Of a stretch of 64,000 nucleotides of DNA, positions 31,495 to 43,064 are shown one piece after another. Within the stretch, counting starts at the first letter, position 1. The number at the start of each line of letters is the position of its first letter. Source of the stretch: an uncultured Gemmatimonadales bacterium (GTDB lineage Bacteria; Gemmatimonadota; Gemmatimonadetes; Gemmatimonadales; GWC2-71-9). The translations under genes and the position numbers were made by a program. The notes under the pieces are model-generated. The model was not told the DNA's origin. It searched no databases and worked only from the letters and a program-made list of their open reading frames with translations. The stretch is from positions 41,344 through 105,343 of the forward strand of contig CAWJMT010000001.1 in the NCBI GenBank assembly GCA_963844035.1, read 5' to 3'.

Positions 31495-32447
31495 CCGCAC
31501 GGCCTGTACTTGTTCTTTTGCTGCTTTGCGCGTGCAGGGCAATGCCCGTGCCTACGGCCGCTCGTTACCCGGCAGGCACACCCTTCGTGGCGCGCTACAT
31601 CCGAGTCGACGGGACCAACATCCGCTACATCGACTCGGGCCGTGGCACCCCCGTGATTTTCCTCCACGGCCTCGGCGCGTCGATATACGCGTGGCGCAGC
31701 ACTGCCCCAGCCGTCGAGGCTGCGGGTTTCCGCGTGCTGGCGTTCGACAATCGTGGCGCGGGGTTCTCGGAGAAACCGGCGCACGGCTATGGCAACGCGG
31801 ACTACGTGCGCCTGCTGATCGCCTTCATGGATTCCCTGCACCTGCCCGACGCGGTCCTGGTCGGGCATTCGATGGGCGGCGCGATCGCCGCTGAGTGCGC
31901 CATTCTGCATCCGGGCCGAGTGCGCGGCATGGTCCTCCTCGACGCGGCAGGGTTTGGCGTGCGGCAGCCATTGGGGCTGCGCATCGTCCGCTGGCCCGTC
32001 GTGGGGGCGATCGCCTCGGGGCTCAGGAGCCGATGGATCACCGAGCGCCTGCTCCGGTCCACGTTCGCCGATCCACGCCGCGTGCAACGCGAGGACGTGG
32101 ACCAGTACTACGCTCCAGTGGCGGAACCAGACTTCGGCCGTGCGCTCCGCGGGATGTTGCGCGAGTTCCGGTTCGACGCGCTGCCGGGACGGCTGGCAAG
32201 CGTCCAGGTCCCGACGCTCGTCCTGTGGGGGGAGCGAGACGAATGGATCCCCCCGATTGTGGGGCGTGCATTGGCTGCAGAGCTGCCCCGGGTTGCCTAC
32301 CTGGCAGTGCCCAACGCCGGCCACGCCTTACCCGAGGAAGCCCCACACGAGGTGAATCGTCTTCTTGTCGGTTTCCTGAAGAATGGGGTCCCTGCCCCCC
32401 CACCCGACCTGGCCGCTCGACGTTCTAGTCCGAACGGCAGATACTAG
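31491..32447 (+). CDS. Alpha/beta hydrolase
   Basis: 'FLHGLG', GHSMGG, 'WGERD', 'AGH'; ATGA overlap with the TrmB gene. Confidence 0.9.
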   Translation: MTARPVLVLLLLCACRAMPVPTAARYPAGTPFVARYIRVDGTNIRYIDSGRGTPVIFLHGLGASIYAWRSTAPAVEAAGFRVLAFDNRGAGFSEKPAHGYGNADYVRLLIAFMDSLHLPDAVLVGHSMGGAIAAECAILHPGRVRGMVLLDAAGFGVRQPLGLRIVRWPVVGAIASGLRSRWITERLLRSTFADPRRVQREDVDQYYAPVAEPDFGRALRGMLREFRFDALPGRLASVQVPTLVLWGERDEWIPPIVGRALAAELPRVAYLAVPNAGHALPEEAPHEVNRLLVGFLKNGVPAPPPDLAARRSSPNGRY

Positions 32448-32470
32448 CCGCGAGATTGCTTTCGGAGTAC

Positions 32471-32498
32471 GTTTCTTCAACCAGACGGTTGAGGAAAC
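32471..32498. promoter_or_regulatory. TetR-type operator over the ribosome-binding site
   Basis: gtttcttcaacc-agac-ggttgaggaaac (11/12 complementary), 5 nt before GTG 32504. Confidence 0.7.
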
Positions 32499-32503
32499 TA
32501 CCA

Positions 32504-33097
32504 GTGCCGCCCAAGTTGAACAACACCAGAGCATTAGCGATCGTGGCCGCGGCTCGCGAGGAGTTTTCTAAGCGGGGATTCGATGGTGCGCGGGTGGAGC
32601 GGATCGCCCGCCGGGCGCGGGTCAACAAGCAGCTCGTATTCTACTACTACCACTCCAAACGGGGGCTATTTCAGGCGGTCGTGTCCAATGCGGCCCGCAG
32701 CTTGGAGGAGGCGCTGGCGCGGGTCAGCGTCGGGGAGGGTCGGCCCGTGGTACGGCTGCGGGCGGCACTCGACGCCCAATTCGAGTTTCTCGTACGCAAT
32801 CCTGACACGGTCACGCTCCTGATGCAGGCGGGACGATCCGAATCCCGGCCGTTCGCGCCTGCGATCGGCCGTCTGGTGGTCCTCCTGGCAGAGGGGCAGG
32901 GCCTGGGCGAGGTGCGGGATGATCTCGATCCGCACCTCGCAGCTGCTCAGGCGTTGGTGCTCATGATTGCATACCTGGGGCTCGAAGCCCTCATCGCGAC
33001 GAGCGCCCGCCCGTTGGGAAGCGACGAGCCGGCGCTCGCTCAGCGCTGGAAGGACGCCGCGCTGCGGCTCGTGCTTGAGGGAGTGACAGTGCGCTAG
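32504..33097 (+). CDS. TetR/AcrR family regulator
   Basis: '[44 protein letters not shown]'. Confidence 0.9.
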   Translation: MPPKLNNTRALAIVAAAREEFSKRGFDGARVERIARRARVNKQLVFYYYHSKRGLFQAVVSNAARSLEEALARVSVGEGRPVVRLRAALDAQFEFLVRNPDTVTLLMQAGRSESRPFAPAIGRLVVLLAEGQGLGEVRDDLDPHLAAAQALVLMIAYLGLEALIATSARPLGSDEPALAQRWKDAALRLVLEGVTVR

Positions 33098-35525
33098 TTC
33101 TTCGAGACCATCCGGGGCTCGACTGGAGCCAGGGGGTCGTCGAACAGGAGTTGCCCGGCTTCAAAGCGGGCACCACGCAGCGCGAGTGAGAATACCTCGC
33201 CCAGCTCCTCCACCAGATGGATGGTGAGCGCCTTCCGGACATCCTCGGGCAGGTCCTCGAGGTCGGCGGCGTTCTCCTTGGGCAGAATGATTTCGTGGAG
33301 CCCCGCCCGCACCGCGCCCAGAACCTTTTCTTTGACGCCGCCGATCGGCAGCACGCGGCCGCGGAGCGTCGTCTCACCGGTCATGGCGACGTCGTGCCGC
33401 GCCGGGCGCTTGGAGAGCGCCGAGACGAGAGCCGTGGCCATCGTCACACCTGCGGAGGGTCCATCCTTCGGAATTGCGCCTGCCGGCACGTGGATGTGCA
33501 CGTCGGTGCCGTTCAGCACGTCCTGCGCGATGCCGAGCTGCTCGGCGTGAGACTTCGCGTAGGTGAGCGCCGCACGAGCGGACTCCTTCATGACGTCGCC
33601 CGAGCTGGCCCGTGAGCACCAGGTCGCCTTTGCCACGCATGACGCTGGCCTCGACGAACATGATGTCGCCGCCGACCGGTGTGTAGTACATGCCGGTGGC
33701 GACGCCGATCTGGTCCTCGTGCGCCATGCGCTCGGGGTGCACCTTGGGCCGACCGATCAGGTCGTGCACGTGTCTCCGCCTCGACGACCACGCGCTCGAC
33801 CTCGCCCGCGGCGATCTGCCGGGCGACTTTGCGACCGAGCTTGCCGATTTCCCGCTCCAGCTGGCGCACGCCCGCCTCGCGAGTGTAGCTCGTGATCAAC
33901 TCGCTCAGCGCCTCGTCGGGCAACGTGAGCTGCTCGGAGGTGAGGCCGTTCTCCCGCACCTGGCGCGGTACGAGGTACCGCTTGGCGATCTCGAGCTTCT
34001 CGCGCTCCGTGTAGCCCGCGAAGCTCACCGTCTCCAGCCGGTCGAGCAGCGGGGCCGGGATGGCCTGCAGGAAGTTCGACGTCGCGACGAACAGCACTTC
34101 GGACAGGTCGAACGGCACGCCGATGTAGTGGTCGGTGAATGAGTCGTTCTGCGCCGGATCGAGCACTTCGAGCAGTGCCGCGGCCGGATCGCCCTGGAAC
34201 GAGACGCCGAGCTTGTCCAGCTCATCCAGCAGGAACACGGGGTTCTTCGCGCCCGCCTGTTTCATTCCCTGGATGATCCGGCCCGGCATCGCGCCCACAT
34301 AGGTGCGCCGATGGCCACGGATGTCCGCCTCGTCGCGCGCTCCGCCGAGGGAGATCCGGACGTATGGCCGGCCCATGGCGCGCGCGATCGACTTGGCGAT
34401 TGACGTCTTACCGACGCCCGGCGGGCCGACGAAGAGCAGGATGTGCCCTTTGGGCTGTTTGTCGTCCTCATTGCCCGGGGCCGCGCTGGCGACTTCCTTC
34501 TGGCGCAACTGGCGGACCGCGAGGAATTCGAGGACCTGGTCCTTGACCTCCGACAGTCCGAAGTGGTCCTGCTCGAGAATCTCCGCGGCGCGCTTCAGGT
34601 CGAGCGATTCCTCCACCCGTTTGTCCCACGGCAACTCCGCCATGGTCTCGAGGTAGGTCCGAATGACCTGTGCCTCCATGGAATCCCGGCTCGCCCGCTC
34701 CAGCCGGGAGAGCTCGCGATCCACTTCCTTGCGAGCGGCCTCAGGGAGCTGAATGGCGAGGAAGCGCTTGCGCAAATCCTCTACCTCGGTCGCCTCGTCT
34801 TCTTCGCCCAGCTCCTTGCGGATCGCCTTCATTTGCTCGCGCAGCAACATCTCACGCTGCCGCTCGCCCAGCTCCTCCTGCACCTGAGACTTGATCTCCT
34901 CCTGCGCGTCGGCCACGCCGATCTGGCGTTGCACGTGCACCAGCACGCGCCGCAACCGGTCTTCCACCGAGAGTGTCTCGAGCAACGCCTGCCGGTCGAC
35001 CGGCTTGACGTCGAGATATCCCGCCACGAGGTCGGCAAAGCGGCCGGCGTCGGTCACGCCGTCGAGCACCTGCTTCACCACGTCTTCGGGAAGACCCGAC
35101 TTCTGCCCCAGCTCCGCGGCCCGTTGCCGCGTCTCGCGGTACAGCGCCACAAACGCCGCGTCCTCCGCGTTCAGCGGCGGAAGCTCCTCTGATTCGCGGA
35201 TGTCGGCTTCGAGATGCCCCTCGACTTCGCGATATTGGATGACCGCACCCCGCACGTCGCCGTGCAGCGACAGCTGCACGCCGTTCGAGCCACGTTGCAC
35301 CTGGCCGATACGCGCCACCGTTCCGATACGGTGCAGCCCCGCGGGGGACACAGCGTCAACGTTCTCCCGCTGCATCACTGCGAAGATGCGACGGGACGGG
35401 CTCTTCAGGGCGGTTTCAATGGCGTGCAGGGTGGCAGGACGCCCCGCCCCGATCGGGGCGGTGACTCCGGGGAACAGCACGATGTCCCGGAGGGGCAGCA
35501 CGGGTAAGGTCATTTTCTCGCTCAT
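33094..35525 (-). CDS. lon: ATP-dependent Lon protease (frameshifts near 33770 and 33605)
   Basis: 'LPVLPLRD', 'GPPGVGKTS', '[13 protein letters not shown]', 'PKDGPSAG', 'IGGVKEK'. Confidence 0.95.
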
Positions 35526-35575
35526 CAGCGCGCTCGCAGATCTGAGGAATGGATGCACGTGCGTGTGCCCGGAAC

Positions 35576-35592
35576 AGCATCACCCGTGCCAA
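35576..35592 (-). promoter_or_regulatory. Sigma-54 (-24/-12) promoter-like motif upstream of lon
   Basis: Minus strand TTGGCACGGGTGATGCT = GG-N10-GC, about 50 nt upstream of the lon ATG. Confidence 0.6.
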
Positions 35593-35754
35593 GAGAAACC
35601 CCAGTATAGAAGGTGTCGTTCCCATCGTCATCACCGCCAATTGGGCAGCGGCTGCCGTTCGGGCCGGGGAGGCGGGCGACGTCCGGTACAACTGGCAGTT
35701 GCCGCCAACCTGGTCGACGACTACATCTATGCGTCGAAGTCCCTCTGGAGCGCC

Positions 35755-37593
35755 ATGCACGAGGCTGACAAAGCGCTCGCCGCCCGTTTGACCGAGGCGC
35801 TTGGCGGCTCCTACACGATCGAAGGAGAGATCGGTCGTGGGGGCATGGGCGTGGTGTACGGCGCCCGTGACGAGCGATTGAAGCGCAAGGTTGCGATCAA
35901 GGTGCTTCCCCCCGAGCTGGGCTTCCGCGAGGAGATCCGCACGCGCTTCCTCCGGGAGGCGGAGACCGCGGCCCGCCTGAATCATCCGCACATCGTGCCG
36001 ATCCACTCGGTGGGCGAGAGTCCCGATCGCCTCGTGTACTTCGTGATGGCGTTCATCGATGGCGAACCGCTCTCAGCCAAGCTCAAGCGCAGGGGTCGGC
36101 TCCCGCCCGAGGAGGCGCGGCGCATTCTGATCGAGACGGCCGATGCGCTGGGGGCTGCACACGCGCTCGGAATCATTCATCGAGACGTGAAACCCGACAA
36201 CATCCTGCTCGAAGGAAGTCGCGGGCGGGTTGTCGTCACTGATTTCGGCATCGCGAAGGCCCTGTCGTCCACGACGGGCGGGGCCACTCTGACGGCGACC
36301 GGCGTCGCAATCGGCACGCCGCACTTCATGAGCCCCGAACAGGCCGCGGGCGACCGCGAGATCGATGGTCGCTCGGATCTGTACAGCCTCGGCGTCGTCG
36401 CGTATCAGATGCTGGCCGGCGAGCTCCCGTTTCACGCACCAACGGTGCCCGGGATATTGATGAAGCAGATAACTGAGCGCGCACCGCTGCTCACGGATAA
36501 GCGTCCCGACTGCCCGGAAGATCTTACCGCCGCAGTGATGCGATGCCTGGAGAAGGACCCGGAGGAGCGCTGGCCGACGGCCGACGCGTTGCGTCGGGCG
36601 CTTGAGTCCCGGAGCGCGACGTTGTCGCGGCCCCCTGCTGTTGCGGCTGCCTCCTCCCGGGCCCAGCGAGCCCCGGCAGCCGCGGCGCCGTTGAGCCGCC
36701 ACGACGCACGACAGGCCAGGCGACTGGAGCGCCTGGAGCGACGGCAGCGGCGTCATCAGGTCCCTGCCACCGGTGAGCCCGTCATCGTGCAAGACGCGCG
36801 TGCCAGTTTCGTGCGGTGGGCGTCGGCCAGCGGTTCGTTGCTCGTGTTGGATATCGTCACGGGCAGTCACTTCCCAACCTGGTCGCCGATCGTTGCAGGC
36901 GTCACAGCGGCGGTTTCCCTGGTGCCGAAATCCGTGCAGCTCTGGCAGGCCGGATACTCCTGGCGCGATGTGCTCAATCGGCCACCCGCAGCGGACGCAG
37001 TCGAAGCGCGGGTCAGACCGGGCAGCAACCAACGGCGGGAGCTGCCCGCTCCAACCGCCGACGAGTTCGGAAGCCAGCAAGCGGTGGTGCAGCAGGCGCG
37101 CAGCGACCGGCTGGCGATTCTCAAGGCGCTCGAGAAGCTCCCTGCCTCGGAGCGGAACCTGCTCCCCGACGTTCAGGCCACCGCTGATGCCCTGCTCAAA
37201 CGCACGGAGGAGCTCGCGCGCGTGCTGCACGCGATGAGCGCCGACGTGGAGGAAGGGGCCGTCACGCGACTCGACGCGAAAATCGCGGTCGCCGAAGCCG
37301 GGGCCCCGGCGCCGGAGCGCGATCGCCAGCTCGGTCTACTCCAGCGGCAGCGGCAGGCGCTGATGAGCCTGCGATCTCAGCGGCGCGAGGTGGTACAGCA
37401 GCTCGAGTCGTGCGGGCTAGCGATGCAAAACGTGCGGTTCGACCTGTTGCGGCTGAAGGCGGCGGGCGTGGCCGCGGTGCTCGGTGATCTCACGCAGGCC
37501 ACGCAGCAGGCCCGGGCGCTTTCGCGCGACGTGGACCACGTGATCGCTGCGGCCGAGGAGATTCGCGAGGCGCTCGGCGGGACGCCGCCCTAG
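35755..37593 (+). CDS. Hanks-type Ser/Thr protein kinase with membrane segments and a helical C-terminus
   Basis: '[10 protein letters not shown]', 'VAIK', 'HRDVKPDN', 'DFG', '[10 protein letters not shown]'; SD GGAG before ATG 35755. Confidence 0.92.
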   Translation: MHEADKALAARLTEALGGSYTIEGEIGRGGMGVVYGARDERLKRKVAIKVLPPELGFREEIRTRFLREAETAARLNHPHIVPIHSVGESPDRLVYFVMAFIDGEPLSAKLKRRGRLPPEEARRILIETADALGAAHALGIIHRDVKPDNILLEGSRGRVVVTDFGIAKALSSTTGGATLTATGVAIGTPHFMSPEQAAGDREIDGRSDLYSLGVVAYQMLAGELPFHAPTVPGILMKQITERAPLLTDKRPDCPEDLTAAVMRCLEKDPEERWPTADALRRALESRSATLSRPPAVAAASSRAQRAPAAAAPLSRHDARQARRLERLERRQRRHQVPATGEPVIVQDARASFVRWASASGSLLVLDIVTGSHFPTWSPIVAGVTAAVSLVPKSVQLWQAGYSWRDVLNRPPAADAVEARVRPGSNQRRELPAPTADEFGSQQAVVQQARSDRLAILKALEKLPASERNLLPDVQATADALLKRTEELARVLHAMSADVEEGAVTRLDAKIAVAEAGAPAPERDRQLGLLQRQRQALMSLRSQRREVVQQLESCGLAMQNVRFDLLRLKAAGVAAVLGDLTQATQQARALSRDVDHVIAAAEEIREALGGTPP

Positions 37594-39711
37594 TACTGCG
37601 TGCAGCTCGCGCAGGGCCTGCGCGAGATCATCCACCTGGGGCAGAATAAAGTCTTCCAGATCGGGCGCGTACGCCACGAAGGTGTCCGTCGAGGCGACGC
37701 GCCGGACAGGAGCGTCAAGCCACGGAAACGCCTCGTCGGCGATCCGCGCGGCGATCTCCGCCCCATATCCCCACGAGAGCGAATCTTCGTACGCCACCAG
37801 CACGCGACTGGTCTTGCGCACCGACGTCATGATCGTGTCCCAGTCGACGGGCGACAGCGTGCGGAGATCGATCACTTCGACGCTCACCCCGTCTTTTTGC
37901 TCCACCTCCCGCGCCGCCACCAGGGTCCGCTGGACCACCGCCCCGTAGGTGACAACGGTTATGGCGGTGCCAGGCTTCACGACCTTGGCCTTCCCGAACG
38001 GGATCATGAAGTTCGGGCCGGGATTGGCCGACTTGTTGTACGTCTGGCGGTAGAGGTGCTTGTGCTCGAGGAACAGGACCGGATCGTCGCAGCGAATCGC
38101 CGTGCGCAGCAATCCGTTCGCATCGAGTGCCGTGGACGGGCACACCACCCGGAGGCCGGGGATAGCGGTGAACAGCACCGCACCGGTCTGCGAATGATAG
38201 ATCGATCCGCCCTTGAGATAGCCGCCGTAGGTGCTACGGACTACCACCGGACAGCTGAAGGTGTTGTTGGAACGCCAGCGCAGGGTGGCGAGCTCGCTGC
38301 GCATCTGGTGGTACCCAGGCCAGATGTAGTCGAAGAATTGGATCTCCACGACGGGCTTGAACCCACGGATCGACATGCCGATCGCCCGGCCGATGATGCT
38401 CGCCTCGGCGAGGGGGGTGTTGTACACCCGGTCGCCGCCGAACTCGCGCTGCAATCCCCATGTGACCTTGAAGACGCCGCCCTTCCCCTTCACCTCGTCG
38501 AGGTTCCGCTCCCGGCTGAGATCGGCCACGTCCTCACCGAACACGACGATGCGCGGATCGCGGGCCATCTCGTCCCGAAGGCACCCATTCAACAGGTCAA
38601 CCATGGTCGTCGGGTCGCCACTGAGCTCGGGCGCGTCCTCGGTGTCGAATGCGCGTGAGGTCGGATCGACGGTGGGAGAATAGACATAGTGGAGCGCGGT
38701 CTCGGGCTTGGGCTGAGGAGACGCAAGCGCCAGGTCGACCGCGACGAGGATTTCGTCTTCTACCTCGCGTTTGATGGCATCGAGCTCGGCCTCGGTGGCA
38801 AGCCCCTCCGCCAAAAGCAGAGCCGGGAAGGTGACCACGCAATCGCGCTTGGCCTCGTGCTCCCGCTCACGGGGGGGCTTGTACAGCACCTCGTCGTCCG
38901 AGAGGGAGTGTGAGTAGGGGCGGGTGACATGGGCGTGGACCAGGGCCGGACCCTTGCGCTGCCGGCAATGCGCCGCCGCCCGCACCAGGACGTCGTAGGA
39001 GGCCAAGGGATCACACCCATCTACCTCCTCCAGGAAAAGGTCCGGGAAACCGCTCACGAGCTTGGAGATCGACCCACCGGCGGTCTGCACTTCGACGGGG
39101 ACGGAGATCGCGTAGCCGTTGTCCTCGATCAGGAACAGGAGCGGCAACCGACCGTTGCTCGCGGCATTGAGCGCCTCCCAGAATTCACCTTCGCTGGTCG
39201 ATCCCTCGCCGCCGGAGCAATAGACGATCTCGTCGCCGTGGATCGGCTTGTCAGTGATCGCCTCGATGCGCCCGTAGGCCAGAGACGCCTCCGCACTTCC
39301 CACGGCGTGGAGAAACTGGGAGCCCGTGGGACTCGACTGATTGACGATGTGCAGGGCCTGATTGCCCCAATGCGACGGCATCTGCCGGCCGCCCCCGCTG
39401 GGATCGTCGGCCGCCCCGACGGCGGCCAGCAGCATCTCGGTCGGGGTCACGCCGAGTGCCAGGCAGAGGGCGCGGTCCCGATAGTAGGGATAGAACCAGT
39501 CATACGAGGGGCGCAGGACCTTCGCGGCGGCCGCCGACACAGCTTCGTGGCCGGCGCCCGAGATTTGGAAGAACGTCTTGTTCTGGCGCTTGAGCTGGAT
39601 TTCCCGGTCATCCATGCGGCGTGAGAGCAGGATGATCCGGTACATCGCCAGGAGTTCGGGCTTCGAAAGGGCTTTGGCCGCTTTGGGCTGGGGTCGGGTG
39701 CGGGTGACCAT
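37590..39711 (-). CDS. 2-oxoacid dehydrogenase E1, fused alpha/beta (3' frameshift; true stop probably near 37590)
   Basis: 'GAGHEA', 'YYRDR', TPP motif '[11 protein letters not shown]', 'HSLSDD', 'EIQFFDY', 'FLEHKHLY'. Confidence 0.92.
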
Positions 39712-39816
39712 CGCGACGGGAAAGATAGCTTACTTCGCCGCACCTGACGCGCGTGGCCGCGCGACGGCGCGCCGTCCATATTCCGGGCCGACCCCACACC
39801 ACGCGGGAGACCGCTC

Positions 39817-40299
39817 GTGAACGACGCAGCGAAACAAACAGTACTCCGTTCCTTCCCCTACGGCCTGCACGCCGTCACCGTGGCGCACGGCGGCGAGGAA
39901 CACGGCATGACCGCCAACTGGGTGACACAGGCCTCGTTTACGCCGCCGATGGTGGCCGTGGCAGTCGAGAATTCGTCGCGCACCATGGGCCTGATACGCG
40001 ATGCCCGGCACTTCGTCCTCAACGTCCTCCAGGAGGGCCAGCGTGAATCAGCCGGCAAGCTGGCGCGCTCCTCGGTGAGCGCGCCGCACAAGCTGAAGGG
40101 GATCAAGACAAAGCCCGCTCCCCGGTGGGGCGGGCCGGTTCTCGCGGATGCGCTGGGGTGGCTCGAGTGCCGTCTGGTCGCAACGCTGCCCGCGGGAGAC
40201 CACACCCTGGTGCTCGGCGAAGTGGTCGAGGCAGGGGTCGAGCGCGAGGGCGCTCACGTCCTCACCCCGGAGCAAGCCGGGTTGTCCTACGGCGGCTAG
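39817..40299 (+). CDS. Flavin reductase family protein
   Basis: 'GMTANWVTQASFTPP', 'GDHTLVLGEV'. Confidence 0.9.
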   Translation: MNDAAKQTVLRSFPYGLHAVTVAHGGEEHGMTANWVTQASFTPPMVAVAVENSSRTMGLIRDARHFVLNVLQEGQRESAGKLARSSVSAPHKLKGIKTKPAPRWGGPVLADALGWLECRLVATLPAGDHTLVLGEVVEAGVEREGAHVLTPEQAGLSYGG

Positions 40300-40303
40300 G
40301 TCC

Positions 40304-40573
40304 TCAGCGCAGCCTGGTGATGCGGCGCAGACTCTCGAGGGTGGCGAGAGGATCGGGCGCCGGATGCTCGCCGGGCCGCCCGGCGGGCGCGGGGAGTGCA
40401 GTGAGGGTATCGCGGATGTCGAGCAGGACTTCGAGCAGGAGCTGTTCGCGCTGGTAAGCCGCATCGAGATCCAACATCCGCTTGTCGTCGCCCGCCTGCT
40501 TGGCACGCTCGTAGGCCTCCCGATAGATCGACTCCAGGTTGGCGAAGATGCGCTCGCGGGGGCGGACGGTCAT
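40304..40573 (-). CDS. Small helical hypothetical protein
   Basis: 89 aa, ATGA-coupled to the DUF1015 gene, '[16 protein letters not shown]'. Confidence 0.7.
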   Translation of the reverse strand: MTVRPRERIFANLESIYREAYERAKQAGDDKRMLDLDAAYQREQLLLEVLLDIRDTLTALPAPAGRPGEHPAPDPLATLESLRRITRLR

Positions 40574-41819
40574 GGGGCGGACGCAGGACCAAGTCCGCTC
40601 GGCACCTTGGGCACAAAGTACGTGGACTTGGGCGGCATGACCCCTCCCGAGTCGGCGACGGCGAACACCTGCTCAACGCGGGTCGGGTTGACGAATACTG
40701 CCGCCGCGGCTCCACCGTGCGGACGGCGGCGAACGCCGCGTGGGCGTCCGCGGAATAGCCGAGGGCGGGCGTCGTCGTGCCCGCACCGAGAATCGCCCGC
40801 ACCACGAGCGCCTCCACGCGCGCAATGTCGAGCGCGCGCACGGCGGGGGTCTTACCGAGCTCGGGCACAGCATCGAGGTCGGCATCGGGCTTCAAGACGA
40901 GGCTCAGGTCCTGTTCCCCCGGGAACGTCACCAGGCAGGCGGTGCGCTCCCGACCTAGCTCCGCCAACCGTTCGATCCTGTCGGCGCACGGGGCCACGCG
41001 ACCGACATCGAAGAACTGACGCCATGCGACGATCAACTTCGCCGGGTCCGGACTGGCTCCGAAGATGATGCGGTGCGTCGGCAGGATCGTGAGCCCGGGG
41101 TCGGTGGCGGGAACGACCAGCGCCAGGACGCGATCTGCCGTCGGATGCGCCCGGGCGTAGGCGACAGCCGTCTCATAGCGGTGGTGACCGTCCGCGATGT
41201 ACAGCGGCCCGCGGCTCGCTAGGCCCGCGAGCTGCTGGGCGGCGGCACCGGCCACTACCCATAGCTGGATGTCGACTCCATCCAGCTCGGCGCGCACCTC
41301 CGGTGGGCCCGCCGCCACCCGGTGGAGCGCCTGCTCGAGGGCCCGGTCGGCGTCGGGCGCAAGCAGAAAGATCGATTCCAGGCTCGTGCGCGTCGCTTCG
41401 AGCAGCGCCAGGCGATCGGCCTTGGGAGCGGCGTGGGTCCGCTCGTGGGGACGCACCCGGCCGGCCGTGAATGGCTCGGCCGCGACGCCTGCGAACATCC
41501 CCAGGCGCGTGCGCCGTTCGCCGGTGGGAAGGGCGTACCCCTGCGCGACGACGTACACGCTGTCTGCGGCGTCCCGCCGAAGCACGCCCTCGCGTCGCCA
41601 GGCGTCCAGCAACAGGGCGGCGCGCGCGTAGCGGTCCTCCCCTTCAGGCGCTTCCGGCAGAATCAGGTGCACGATATTGTGGGGGTCCCGCGTCGCGTAA
41701 CGACGGCGGTCCTCCGAAGCGATCACGTCGTAGGGTGGCGCGAGGACAGGGCCGACATTCGTAGCGGCGTAGCGCTCGCCGCGAAACGGCAGGACGAGAG
41801 GCGGCGACTCGGCGTTCAC
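40570..41819 (-). CDS. DUF1015 family protein (3' frameshifts)
   Basis: 'PFRG', 'APPYDVI', 'PHERT', '[11 protein letters not shown]', 'PTHR'; alternate frame gives '[11 protein letters not shown]'. Confidence 0.85.
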
Positions 41820-41836
41820 GCTGAAGGAGGCTCCTG

Positions 41837-42157
41837 GTGTCTTTTCGCGACGCGCAGCAGACGGTCGATCAGTGGATCGGCCAATATAAGGAGGGATACT
41901 TCCCTCCGCTCACCAATCTGGCACGTCTCACGGAGGAGGTGGGTGAGCTCGCCCGCGAGATCAACCATCGTTTCGGCGAGAAGACCAAGAGGAAGGACGA
42001 GCCTGAAGGGTCGCTGGCCATGGAGCTCGCCGACATCCTGTTCGTCGTGATCTGTCTCGCCAACTCCCAGCGCATCGACCTCGATCAGGCGTTCGGAGCA
42101 ATGATGGCGAAAATCAATGCCCGCGACGCGGACCGCTGGACCAAGAAGGAACGGTGA
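41837..42157 (+). CDS. MazG-like nucleotide pyrophosphohydrolase (YpjD type)
   Basis: 'YFPPLTNLARLTEEVGELAREI', 'ELADILFV'. Confidence 0.9.
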   Translation: MSFRDAQQTVDQWIGQYKEGYFPPLTNLARLTEEVGELAREINHRFGEKTKRKDEPEGSLAMELADILFVVICLANSQRIDLDQAFGAMMAKINARDADRWTKKER

Positions 42158-43064
42158 CCTCTTCATAGATTCGCTGGTAAGACGCCAGGCGATCCGGATC
42201 GAAGGCACCATCCTCCGCGGCCTTGCGCACCGCACACCCCGGCTCAGTGAGATGGCGGCAGTTGTCGAACCGGCAGCCGTCGAGGAACGGGCGAAACTCC
42301 GGGAAACACGCGCCCAGGCTTTCCGGGTCGAGTCCCCACGTCCCCACCTCACGCAGCCCCGGCGTATCCACCACGTATCCGCCCCCAGCCCCCGGGGCCC
42401 CGATCACACCCGCGAGCGGTACCAATAGCGCGGCGCGGGTGGTGTGCTTGCCCTTGCCCCACTTCTCATTGACCTCGCCAATCCGGAGGTCCAGTCCTGG
42501 GTGGAACGCGTTGATCAAGCTCGACTTACCGACGCCGGACGGTCCGGTGAGCACGGAAGCCCGCCCGCGCAGCAGGTCCCGGAGAGCTGCCAGGCCCGTC
42601 AGTGCCTTCACGGACGTGGGAAGCACCTGATAGCCCGCCGGACCGAACCGCCGTTCGCAGACGCCGAGGGCCCCCTCGTCCAATTCGACCTTATTGAGGA
42701 CGACAACGGCGGGAATCCCATTCGTCTCCGCGATCACGAGGAAGCGATCGAGCATCCGCAGGTTCGGCTCCGGATCCTTGGCCGCCGCCACGACGATGAC
42801 CTGATCCACGTTCGCAGCGATCGGTTGCGCGCGACGCCCGACCCGTCCGCCGGCCGACGCACGGCGCGCGAGCACCGACTTGCGGGGACGAACGGCGGTG
42901 ATGACGACGTCGTCGTTCGACGGCTCAAATTCGACCACATCGCCTGCGACGACGCGGCCGTCATCCTTGTGCTTGAGCTTGCCGCCCAGGACCGCGGTGA
43001 CTTCGCCGGTATCGGTCTGAACGCGGAACGTCGAACCCGTGCGGGCCAAGATCACGCCGGTCAT
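42114..43064 (-). CDS. rsgA: Ribosome small subunit-dependent GTPase A
   Basis: 'ANVDQ', 'NKVE', 'GPSGVGKSSLIN', 'GKHTT', 'DTPG', 'CRFDNCRHLTEPGC'. Confidence 0.93.
   Translation of the reverse strand: MTGVILARTGSTFRVQTDTGEVTAVLGGKLKHKDDGRVVAGDVVEFEPSNDDVVITAVRPRKSVLARRASAGGRVGRRAQPIAANVDQVIVVAAAKDPEPNLRMLDRFLVIAETNGIPAVVVLNKVELDEGALGVCERRFGPAGYQVLPTSVKALTGLAALRDLLRGRASVLTGPSGVGKSSLINAFHPGLDLRIGEVNEKWGKGKHTTRAALLVPLAGVIGAPGAGGGYVVDTPGLREVGTWGLDPESLGACFPEFRPFLDGCRFDNCRHLTEPGCAVRKAAEDGAFDPDRLASYQRIYEEVTVPSWSSGPRRGH

Noticed and set aside
34891..35754. Apparent 288-aa N-terminal extension of the kinase
   Set aside because: Mostly antisense to lon; an SD and ATG at 35755 give a normal kinase start
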